DNA from: Glaucostegus cemiculus
Taxonomy: Eukaryota
Length of the DNA: 64,000 bases
Direction of reading: 5' to 3'
NCBI GenBank assembly: GCA_976551045.1
Contig: CDPCPM010000197.1
Location: 496,001-560,000 of the forward strand
The notes below the pieces were generated by a model, which searched no databases, was not told the DNA's origin, and saw nothing but the letters and a program-made list of their open reading frames with translations. Position numbers and translations under genes: made by a program. This document shows positions 53,371 through 64,000 of the stretch, one piece after another (the stretch's first letter is position 1; each line of letters begins with the position of its first letter).

Positions 53371-54976
53371 AGAAAAGACAGCAGGAACAGACCATTCTGG
53401 CTCTCTAGCTTGCACTATCACTTGAAAAGGTCATTGCTGATTTGGTCTTTACCTCAGTTTTATTTTCCTACTTAATCTTCACAACTTTCGCTTTTTCTAC
53501 AATCTAAAAATCTCCATAGTTCAGCCCTGAATATATTCAGCGATTCATTCAAGAATTTCACCAATTCACAACCCTCTTGGAGAAGAAACTACTTCTCAAG
53601 CCCATCTTTATCAGAAGACTTTGCTCCTTAGTTCTAAACTATCCACAACATGGAAACATTCCAATGGCATGATAATTTCACTCAAACCTTTTATGTTTCA
53701 ATGAAGTCATCTCTCATTCTTCCAGACTCCAGATGGGATAGGCCAAACCTGCTGAATCCTTACACCCCAAAAATCAATCTACTTTGTTGCCCTGAATCTA
53801 AGGCAAGCATTTGCTTCATTGAATGAGACAGTTTTGCAAACTGTACACATTACAACAGGTGTGCTCAAACTGAAACTGTACAGTTGCAGCAGGATTTTCC
53901 TTCTTTTATACCCCATTCCTCTTTCAATAAAGGGAAAAATTCTGTTTGCCTTCATATTTACTCATAGTACCTGCTTTTCAGTGATTCTTGTATGAGAACT
54001 CCAAGATCTTTTTGAACATGAATATTTACTAGTTTCACACCATTCAGATAGCATTCTGCTTCTCTGGTCTTCCCATCAAAGTTGATAATGTCACATGTGC
54101 TCCCATTATACTCCACCTGCCATCTTTAACCCATCTATATCCCTGTCCAAATACTCAGTGTTGTCCGCACAATGTGCTTTCCCATCTCTCATTGTATTGT
54201 CAGCAAACATAGATACATTATACTCTAACTTTATCTAAGTCATTAATATAAACTATAAATAGTTGAAACTCCAGCCTTGATCCCTGAGGCACCCCACCAG
54301 TTACAGCTTACCAACCTGAAATGACCTATTTACCCCTGAGTCTTTGTTTTCCGTCTGTAATCCAATCCTCTATCCATAGTAATATGTTATCCTCAATCCC
54401 GTGATCACTTAGTTTGTGCAATAACCCTTTTTTTGCAGCAGTTTATTGAATGCTTTCTGAAAATCCAAAAGCACACAACTGCTGGCCTCTTTATGTGCAT
54501 TCTGCTGCTTACGTCCTGAAAGAATAATAAATTTGTTAAACATAATTTGCCTTTCATAAAACCATGTTGACACTGTCTAATTATGTTTAGCTTTTCTAAG
54601 TGGCTTGTTATCTTTTCTGTAATGATTGATTCCCCAAATGATGTTCGGCTGACTGGCTTGCCATTCCACGTTTGATCTCCCATTTCACTTGAATAGCTTG
54701 TTTTTTGGCCAAACTACTGAAATCTTCCCTGAATATATGGAATCTTGGAAGATGATGACCAAATCATCCGTGATCTCTGTAATCCCCTTTTAGGACGCAA
54801 GGTTACAGGCCATCAGTTCCAAGGGATCTGTCAGTCTCATTAGTTTGCTTGTACTATTTCAGCATTAATAGTGTTTAAGGTTCTTCACTGTCTTTTACCT
54901 CGAGTTTTTGGTATGCTTTTAGCACCTGTTACAATGAAGAAAGATGTCTCTGCCTTTTTCCTATACCCTACTTTTA

Positions 54977-55380
54977 GATTCATAGAGTCATAGACTAATA
55001 CAGGCTCTTTGGCCCAGTTCATTCACACCAGCCAAGATGCCAATCTAAACTAATTCTATTTGCCTATAACCTGAGTACCCTGCCCAAATGTCTTTTAATT
55101 GTTGTTACTGTACTGGTAGCTCATTCCATGTATGCACCACCACCTTCTGCATGAGAAAATTACCCCTCAGGTCCCTTTTAAAACTTCCCCCTCTCACCTT
55201 AAACCTCTGCCCTCTGTATTTTGATTCCCTTTCCCTGGGAAAAAGACTGTGTGCATTTACCCTGTCTATGCCTCTCAGATTGTATACACCTCAATAGGGT
55301 CACCACTCAGTCTCCTATACTCCAAGGAATGAAGTCCCAGCCTGCTCAACATCTCCCTATAGCTCAGGCAACATTCTCGT
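54977..55380 (-). mobile_element. Younger CR1 3' fragment nested in the older CR1
   Basis: catagagtcatag tail, caggctctttggccc and the typical CR1 3' coding end. Confidence 0.65.
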
Positions 55381-56049
55381 AAATTATTGAACTCTTGATG
55401 ACCTCTTTTCTTTTAATTCCCCATTTTCCATTTAAGGGATTAACATTTATATTTAGTTCTCTCTTTTCATAAGAAATAGGAGACATCCAGCCCCCCAAGC
55501 CTATACTCTAAGATCACAGTGAATCTTTTACCACAAACACCATTTTTTTGCCTTATTACCTTATCCCTTGATTCCTTTAATATCCAGAAATATGAAATAA
55601 TTTTATATTCAGTTTGGGAGTAACAAGCAATTCTGAAACAGGAGTCTTGAACTTAAATAAATGGCACTTTCATGGGTCCAAGGAGAATGTTGGCTGAATT
55701 AGATTAGAAAATTAGGCTAAGAGGGATGTCAGCCGATGTCCAGGTCTCTGTTGAATGTAGACAATGACTGAGCTCCTTCAGCCCCCTGAGATCAAGAATT
55801 CCAAAAACTCACCAGCCTTTGGGTGCAGAAATTTCTCATCAGTGGCCTCGCCCCTTTTTGAAACTGGTCGTATGCTCCACCCAGTCCCTCCTTTCATGAC
55901 AGATCTGCTCTCCAGCCATCAGCCGAGCAAATCAATGCCGCATTCCTTCTACAGCAAGTACATCCTTTTTGAGGTAAGGAGATGAAAACTGTACACAATA
56001 CATTGTGTGACTTCACTCTGCATAATTATTGTGTTGATTTTGATGTCTT

Positions 56050-56307
56050 AATTTTAATTTTATTTAATTTTACTTACAGCATAGTAACAGGCCCTTTCGG
56101 CCCAATGAGTCCGTGCCGCCCATTTTAAACCCCCAAATTAACCTACCCGTACGTCTTATTTTAGAATGTGGGAGGAAACCGGAGCACCCGGAGGAAACCC
56201 ACGCAGACACGGGAGAACGTACAAACTCCTTACAGTCAGCAACGGGAATCGAACCCCGATCGCTGGCGCTGTAACAGCGTCGTGTTAACCGTTACTCTAT
56301 CGTGCCG
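56050..56307 (-). mobile_element. V-SINE (HE1-like) copy 2
   Basis: Closely similar to 48730-48990. Confidence 0.9.
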
Positions 56308-56859
56308 GAAAGAATTTTCAGTTCTTCCTATTTTGAACCTGGTTGTTGCTGCACCATTATCATCCCTTTTTGTATTTGTGAAACCTCTTATGATCTGCAT
56401 TTATATGGAGATACAAGAGCTGAAATCTGGAGCAAAACACTAACGCTGGAAGGAGACAGTGGGTCAGGCAGCATCTGTAAAGGCAGGATAAAATGTCGGC
56501 ACAACATTGTGGGCCAAAGGCCTATACTATGCTGTAGTGTTCTATGTTCTATAAAAGCAATGGGATGGTTGATGCTTTGAGTCGACACCTTGCATCAGGA
56601 CTGACAGTGTGGAGGGAAGATAGCTGGTATATAGAAGTGAGAGGGAGGGGTGAGACAGAGGCTGGGAGGTGATAGCTGGAACCAGATCAGAAGGGATGGT
56701 ATTTAGATGAAACCAGGGGGTGGGGATAGGAAAGGTGAAACAGAGGAGAGAAAAAAAACAGATGGATAGGCATGTGGCTGATGGGCAGATGGAATCAGGA
56801 GGGGGAGGATGAAGAGTCTGAGTAATGCGGTGGGGGGGAGGGATGGAAACGGTGAACAA

Positions 56860-57056
56860 CGGTGTGCGTGGAATAGGCTGCCGGAGATGGTGGTGGAGGC
56901 GGATACAATAGGGTCTTTCAAGGGACTGTTGGATAGGTACATGGAGGTAAATAAGATAGAAGGCTATGGGTAAGCCTAATAGTGTGGGGACATGATCAGC
57001 ACAGCTTTGTGGGCCAAAGGGCCTGAATTGTGCTGTAGGTATCTATGTTCTATGTT
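56860..57056 (+). mobile_element. CR1 3' end with a (tctatg)-type tail
   Basis: gcgtggaataggctgccggagatggtggtggaggcggataca...gggccaaagggcctg...atctatgttctatg. Confidence 0.75.
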
Positions 57057-57119
57057 AACAAAAGGAGAGATACCCTGGGTGGACTGATGGAGTGGGAAAG
57101 GAACACAGGGGGTGTGGAT

Positions 57120-57800
57120 TAACTTTGTTTATTATTGTCACATGTACTGAGGTACAGTGGAAAAACCTGTCTGGTATACTGTTCATACAGATCAATTCAT
57201 TACACAGTGCATTGAGGTAGTACAAGGTAAAACAACAACAGAATGCAGAATAAAGTGTCACAGTTACAGAGAAAGTGCAGTGCAGGTAAACAATAACATG
57301 CAAAGCCATAAAGAGGTAGCTTGTGAGGTCAAGAGTCCATCTTATTGTACTAGGGAATGTTCAATAGCCTTACAACAGTGGGATAGAAGCTGTCCTTGAG
57401 CCTGGTGGTATGTGATTTCAGGCTTTTGTATCTTCTGCCTGCTGGGAGGGAGGAGAAGGGAGAATGCCCGGGGTGGGTGGGGTCTTTGATTATGTTGGCT
57501 GCTTTACCGAGGCAGCAAGTAGTGAGTCCATGGAAAGGAGGCTGGTTTCCACAATGTGCTGAGCTGCACAATTCTCTGCAGTTTCTTGCATCACGGGCAG
57601 AGCAGTTGCCTTACCAAGCCATGATGCATCCGGGTAGGATGCTTTCATTGATAAAATTCATTAAGGCAAAGGGGACATGCCAAATTTCTTTAGCTTCCTG
57701 AGGAAGTAGAGGCGCGAGTGAGCTTTCTTGGCCATGGTGTCTATGTAGTTGGACCAGGGCAGGCTAGGAACTTGAACCTCTCAACCTCAGCAATGTTGAT
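57120..57800 (-). mobile_element. Rex1/Babar-like LINE 3' portion
   Basis: Peptide FSSLPAGRRYKSLKSHTTRLKDSFYPTVVRLLN. Its 3'UTR recurs at 51615-51735 (+) and 62244-62400 (-). Confidence 0.7.
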
Positions 57801-59323
57801 GTAGACATGTGCATGTCATTACTTGAAAGTGGATAATTCAATGTTCATATCATTGGGTTGTAGTCTACCCCAGCAGAATATGAGGTGTAGGGAGAAGGGT
57901 TTCACCTCCTATGGCTGCAGGGAAAAGTGCCAGGGGACAGGAAGGAATGGGTTGGATGAGTAGACCAGGGAATCATGGAGAGATTCCACAAAAAGCAGCA
58001 AGGTTGGAGGGGGGGAGCAGTGTGGAGGTGGGAGGACATGACTGGGGGTGGGATCCAGCTGGATCTGGTGAAAATGACGAAGGATAATATGGTGATGCAG
58101 TGTCTACTGGGGTGAACGGTGAGGACCAGGGGAACTCTCAATATGTTCTGTCTGCGGAGAGGAGGGGGGTGAGAGCAGATGTACGGGAAATGGAGGAAGT
58201 GTGTGTGAGGGCTCCATCTACTGCAGTGGAGGGGAAGCCATGTTTCCTGAAGAAGGAGGACATTTCGGATTTCTATTTTTATATTTCTTCCCATTTTATC
58301 TTCATAACCTACTTTCTCTCTATCAGTACTTTATAATCATTACTTGCTGATTCTTAAAACTTTTTTAATCGTTTTGATTGAAACTTTTTCTGCTTTTCTT
58401 CATTCTAGTACCATTGTAAATGGATGGATTACTTTGTTCCTTGAGTACTTATTTTTCAGTTGAATGCACCTTCATTGATTGCAGGAATATTATCTTTGAT
58501 TTGCTTACCTACTATTGTACCTCTGAATGCAATTTAACCAAACTGCTCCTTGTGTCAATGTTAGTGCATTTATTTAAGTTTAAGATTCCATTTTCAGCTT
58601 TACTTGTCACTCCCAAAATGAATGTAAAATTAGATGACATTATGATCACTCTTCCCAAGACGATCCTCTATAATGATAAATAATTAATCCTGCCTCGTTA
58701 TATGAGTAAATCTAAAATAGCATTTCCACATGTTTTTCTATGAAACTGCCGAGAATTCCATGAACTCTTCCTTAAGATTGTTTTTGCCAATTTGATCTGC
58801 CCAGACTATATGAATATTAAAGTTCCCACGATTTCTCCATTATCTTTGTTAGAACTAATTGTCAACTGATAGACTTTCCAATAACATAGTAACTGTTAGG
58901 AGACCTTCAGATCATCCTTACAAGAATCGTCTGTCTCTTGGTAGCTCCATCGATTTACAATTTCTGATTTTCTGAGAGAAGGTCAATTCTCTTTGGTGTC
59001 TTCATATCATTCTTTGTTATCAAAACTAATTACCCACTCAACGCTTCTTCTACATTCTGCCTCTTCACAAAACTTCAAACACACTAGAATAGTCAGTTCA
59101 TAATCTTGGTCTTCTTGCAACCACATCTCTGTAATGGCTATAGGACCAACCCCATTTATCTCCATTTGTGTCACCAATGCATGTCTCTTATTAGGAATGC
59201 TTTATCCATTCAAGGAAAGACCCCTTAATTTTGACTTGTTTCTATTTCTCCCTACTTTGACCTTATTTGCTGGTCCATTGTTATCATAATATGTTCTTGC
59301 CCCTTTTTTGCCAGGTTATCATT

Positions 59324-59570
59324 CGATAGCGTAGCAGTTAGCGCGACCCTGTTACAGCGCCAGCGATCAGGGTTCGATTCCCATTGCTGACTGTAAGGAG
59401 TTTGTACATTCTCCCATATCTGCGTGGGTTTCCTCCGGGTGCTCCGGTTTCCTCCTACGTTCTAAAAAGACATACGGGTAGGTTAACTTGGGGGTTTAAA
59501 TGGGCAGCGCGGACTGGTTGGGCTGAAAGGGCCTGTTACCACGCTGTAAGAACGTAAAATTTAAAAAAAA
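59324..59570 (+). mobile_element. V-SINE (HE1-like) copy 3
   Basis: Reverse-complement match to the other two copies, with an A-rich tail. Confidence 0.9.
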
Positions 59571-59607
59571 GACATTTAAAAGAGCATATAGGGCCCTGTT
59601 TTAATGC

Positions 59608-59745
59608 TTTGTCTAAAAGATGGCTCTCCAACACTGCAGACAGCCCTCAGTACTACAACAGAGTGTTAGATTTTTAAACTCCAGCCTCCGGAGTGGGACA
59701 TAAACCCATAATCTTCTGCTTCAAAGGTAACAACACTCCCAACTA
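59608..59745 (-). mobile_element. SacSINE1-like 5' half (head + Deu domain)
   Basis: actgcagacagccctcagtactac...ggagtgggacataaacccataatcttctg. Confidence 0.55.
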
Positions 59746-61269
59746 GGCTTTAGACAGTACACAGCATTTGATTATGGTTCTGCAGGCATTCTTCACAGCA
59801 CAGTCTAAGCAATGAGCACCATTTGTAAAGTGGTAGGATATGTTTCCTTTTGCATCCTCAAATGAATTTGAAAAAGTTAAGGAAAAGAAGACAAAAAATC
59901 TTAAATTATTGTATCACTTTTTATGACCTAAAACTTTCTGATGTACTTTACAGTCAACAAGTTACTTCTTGAATTGTGCTCCCAGATGTAATGTAACCTC
60001 AAGCTACTTGACTCAACCCAAGACTGAGTTACATTATATGGCTTATGTCAACATAAAACCCAAACTACTTTGGGCTTATACAAACCATATAACTTCAGTG
60101 GTGTATGAGATACTAGTATAAAAGAGACATGGGAACATTTGCATTGCTTTCTGTACAAGTAATCTGGAACCACAGCAAGCACATTTACACAAAGCACTCG
60201 AGGCACTTCAGTTTAAAGGCTTAGTCAAACTAATGTGGTTTGAAAGAATGCCCTTCGCTCTCTGTATTTGAAACAAAAAAAATGTAATTTAAGATTTGTT
60301 TATGTATGGTCTGCTGCTCTGACTGATGTAGGTGTAGAACAACCTGGGGCCAAGAACCATTTTTCTTGCCTTGGGGGTTGAAGGAAAAAAAAGGAACTCG
60401 TTTTCTAAACTGTAAACCACTGTAAAGGAGCTGAGGTTGTTACCTCTGAGTGAAATTAAACCACCTCAAGCCATCGACCCAGGCAGGTATCAAGTGATTG
60501 GATAACCAACTGATTTAGAGACAAGCTCTGTGCTTCAGAAATCAGGTCGGAGCTATTTTAAGAATCCAAAGACTCATTTTAGAGGAGGCTACTTTCAAAA
60601 CCAACCACTGTGGGAGACGGGATTGGATATAAATGCTGCAGAATTTGTAACCTTCTCACTCAGAGGCAAGAGTGCTGCCAACTGACTCTTGGCTATTATT
60701 AAAGATGATGACACAGTGGAGTACAGTTTGACTTTCCCTCTTGTACTGCAAAGTTATGATAGGATATTTATTTTTGTGAACAAATGCTAACAGAGCAGAT
60801 TTATTCCCATACTGCTGTACCCTGCACAGGTTCCTGGCACCCTCTGAACCCCTGTTACCCGGCACTTCAAACTGCCCATTTTTTGCTCATGTGTCCTGGC
60901 TGAACTTCATCTCTGTGTAACATCACAACAGAGCCCCAAGTTGTTCTGGCTTGTTCAGCAGAAGTCACAGAATATTGATCAGAATCAGCAGCTGATTTTT
61001 ACCAGAAGCACTGAGGGTAACACAAAAGTGCGGAATTTCCAGCCTGACTAAGATCAGATTAATCAGCACAGACTGGGGCTCAGACTCAGGACCTTGGTTA
61101 TCTACTCATTTCAGTTTCGAGCTGGAATGAGGATTTAATCTACAGACCCATCATGGCAGAGTGTATGAATTCTTCAAACATTTCAGTGCTGAGTTCCATT
61201 CCTGCATCAAACAATTCACATCTGTTTTCTGACCATCTGAAAGACTCTCAGTACATCACCACCTCAGAG

Positions 61270-61680
61270 ATCAGCTCCAGCGCTTTTGCGTCTGAGTTAG
61301 AAAGTTGTGTGTTTGAACCCTGTGCCGGAAACCTGAGAATAAAAGCCCAAGCTGACACATCAGTACATTACAGAGGGAGCACTGCAATGTTGGAAATGCC
61401 AGTTAGACAGAGGTTCTGAATGCTCACTCATCTTAATGCAAAAGACCCCAGGACTATTCTGTGAAAAGGGAGGGATATTATCCAGGGGAACCCATAGCTG
61501 AAAGTTATCACACAATCAGCACTGGTAAATCACATTACATTGTACCAATATTGTTTGTGGGAGCTTGCTCTGTACAAATTGGCTGTTATGATTCTTATAT
61601 GACAATGGTGACTACCCATCAAAAGGCACTTCACTGGCTACCCCAAGATCATAAAAGACAACATATAACTGCAAGTCAAG
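61270..61680 (+). mobile_element. Near-complete old Deu-domain SINE (SacSINE1-like)
   Basis: tRNA-like head (tctgagttagaaagttgtgtgtttgaaccc), gctgacac...cagagggagcactgca core and the shared tail. Confidence 0.65.
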
Positions 61681-62243
61681 CCTGATATCAACCACTCTCT
61701 CAGTTGCTTCATTGGACCGAACACACCAGGCAGAGCACAAGAACTGATACAATTTAGATTTAGCAGGAGTGTGTTAGCATAAGGAGAGCAATGTTCATTC
61801 AGTTGCCTGTTTCTGTTGAACCTGATTTTTATTTCAATCAAAGGTAACAGAAATGAAAGTAGGGAACAGTTTGGGCACTTCATCAATATGGCCTGATTTC
61901 CACTCTCACCCAATGATAAAACTACACCCAGTGGATTACACAGAAAACCCAATATTGAATCAATAGTTAAACTCATGTGGATCAATTTTACTCACATGGG
62001 GCATATGTAACAATCAAAGTAAGGACAATCATTAAAAAAAATAATCTGCTTATTTTAGTTGATGTTTTCAATATTGATGTAATGAGTGTTGTTAACATCA
62101 AAGGTGAAGCTGGATGGAATTAATTTGGAGGGGATACTAACTACGCTGGATCATTCATCTCATGTACTTAGAATGAATGTCAGGCAATGAAAATAATTTA
62201 ACAAAGTCCATTGTTTTAAAAAGATTTCTCCAAACTTTTTAAA

Positions 62244-62400
62244 TTGGTTTATTATTAGCATATGTACTGAGGTACAGTGAAAATCTTTGTTTTGCATGCC
62301 ATCCATACAGATCATTTCATCACATCACTGTATCGGGGTATTCCAAGAGAAAGCGATAACAGAATGCAGAATATAGTGTTACAGTTACAGAGAAAGTGCA
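62244..62400 (-). mobile_element. Rex1-like 3'UTR fragment
   Basis: Directly similar to 57125-57285. Confidence 0.75.
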
Positions 62401-63774
62401 GTTCAACACTCAGCACTGAAGTCGAAAGGTTTTCCTCCTTTTCTGAAAGTGAAGATTACTATTTTGGGGCTATTTCTCAGCTGATCCCAGCAGCTGTTCA
62501 AAGTAACAATTCTTCCCAAGTAAGCCTTCAAGGCATTGAATTTTATCAGGCTGTTCAACTGTAGGAGCCGTCACTGCTACTTAAGATCTGCCCTCACTCA
62601 AGATTTATGCACATTTTTCAAATATCATTGTATGGAGAGGAAGCAAAGTTCATTGGTTGTTTCTTTCCCTCTCCACTTAACCAAAGAAAGTGAGGTCAAT
62701 TTTCACATTTAAAATTCCATCCAGTACAAATCAGCTATAGACTCGGGACTGAACTGAATACCTTTCTGCAACTGTTTCACAGTTGCACTCATTGTGTAGT
62801 CATGAACGAAGTGGGCATTACCTTTCAAGGAGCTGATACCTTGTTTTATAATATAATTAATAAAGGAAATGCGTTTGTATGAAATTCTTTTGCATATCCT
62901 TTAACTGAAGGCTTTATATTTGATAAATGGGTTAACACTTTGACTACAACGTAAATAGAAGAATTTCAAGAATTTCAAGTGACATGCAAACAAATCTCCA
63001 GCTCATTATTATCAGTGCTGTTCAATTCATTTTCACTGCAGAACTGAGGTAAGCTACAATATTGCCCAGAAGCAATAATCAATCAAACCAGATATTTTCA
63101 TAAAATTGTTTGAATTTTATTCTAAATCAGGGTGATTCTGTAACAATGAGTATGTAGCCCAAAATTAAAATCCTGCTATAACAGAAATAAATGCAGAAAA
63201 TGTTACTTTTCAATTTTTGTTATAATAGCTTATGTGCAAAAGGTAGGAAGAAAGTATGTGAGATTTAAAACAGTGTTCATGTTTCCCACAGACGGTAAGT
63301 ATTGAATCTCTGATGCTTGGTGCTTGGCGGAGGGGAAAAAATCCTTTTTATATTCTTATCTTCCTCTCACAGGCTTGCCATACTGACAAGAGAGAGATGC
63401 CAGAGTGGCAGAGCACTCCACTACACACTCGCTTCCTTTCCACAACACATCTGAACAGTCAACAGATGAGATATCTCGTGAGTGACAGCACCTTCCAGAG
63501 GGGGCAGTGGACAGGATGACAGACACTGCAAAGCAGTGTCATTGGGACCAGTCGTCCTCAAGCGTTGAGAGATCACTGCCTGCTGGGGAACTCGGAAAGA
63601 CAGGACACAGGGACACGATGACCTCTGACAGGGTCGGAAGCTGCTGAGCCTCGAGGTTTAACTGTGAAAACCTTTCTTTTGAGAGATTTATTCACTGAGA
63701 TATGGACAGCACTGTCAAGGCCACATGAAGGACAGTAATGACTACTCATGTTTTGTTGCACTGGAATTTCCTGT

Positions 63775-64000
63775 AGACTAGACCAAGCAGAGGTATATGG
63801 GCTGCATTTGGAATACAGTGTGCCGTTCTGGTTTCCACCACCCCCCACCCCCACCACATTTTGAAAGGATGTGGAGGCTTTGGAGAGGGTGCAGAAGAGG
63901 TTCACCAGGATGCTGTTTGGAATAGGAAGCATTAGCTATAAGGAGAGATTGGACAAACTTGGATAGTTTACTCTGCATCAGCAGCTGAGGGAAGACCTGA
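63775..64000 (+). mobile_element. CR1 LINE fragment, truncated by the window end
   Basis: Encodes LEYSVPFW...KDVEALERVQKRFTRML, typical of the CR1 ORF2 C-terminus. Confidence 0.85.

Larger units (their letters stand above)
56405..58265 (-). mobile_element. Penelope-like element relic containing CR1 tails and a Rex1-like insert
   Basis: Terminal-repeat-like sequence at 56405-56850; minus-strand peptide RVPLVLTVHPS (57902-58294) resembles the PLE RT/GIY-YIG linker. Confidence 0.55.
53378..59280 (-). mobile_element. Long degraded CR1 LINE (endonuclease + RT) broken by nested insertions
   Basis: RT motif QHGFMKGKLCLTNLL (ORF 54405-54683), APE-endonuclease-like AITEMWLQEDQD on the minus strand near 59105-59140, and a CR1-type 3' tail near 53380. 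Confidence 0.65.

Noticed and set aside
43000-64000. Exons of the next gene (skap1 expected by synteny)
   Set aside because: No recognisable coding exon; ORFs here are TE-derived or random.
1-64000. CRISPR array, prokaryotic or viral system, or intact autonomous transposon
   Set aside because: No repeat-spacer periodicity, operons or long intact RT/transposase ORFs.

Overview
Vertebrate genomic DNA: the 3' (anterior) end of a HoxB cluster, most likely from a cartilaginous fish (inferred from the repeat families). Three two-exon homeobox genes lie on the + strand, each with a phase-1 GT-AG intron: hoxb3 (18884-20877, 394 aa), hoxb2 (25698-27351, 357 aa) and hoxb1 (35192-36891, 311 aa). The non-coding DNA carries a recognisable hindbrain/retinoic-acid regulatory set: a PG4-type 3' DR5 RARE, a CR3-like element at the distal hoxb3 promoter, a hox3 DR5, hoxb2 Krox20 and Meis/Pbx-Hox enhancers, the hoxb1 r4 autoregulatory element, and the hoxb1 3' DR2 and DR5 RAREs. 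Positions 1 to ~38.8 kb show no transposon I can recognise; from ~48.5 kb the sequence is dense in SINE, CR1, Rex1-like and Penelope-like relics, including a nested stack. I found no convincing wholly new biological system. The best leads are a second ARE-like Pbx/Hox/Meis cluster upstream of hoxb1, extra RAREs 3' of hoxb1, a possible divergent antisense transcript at hoxb2, and decayed hammerhead-ribozyme cores in Penelope-like repeats. Motif and repeat assignments are by eye against remembered consensus sequences, not database searches; repeat boundaries are approximate.
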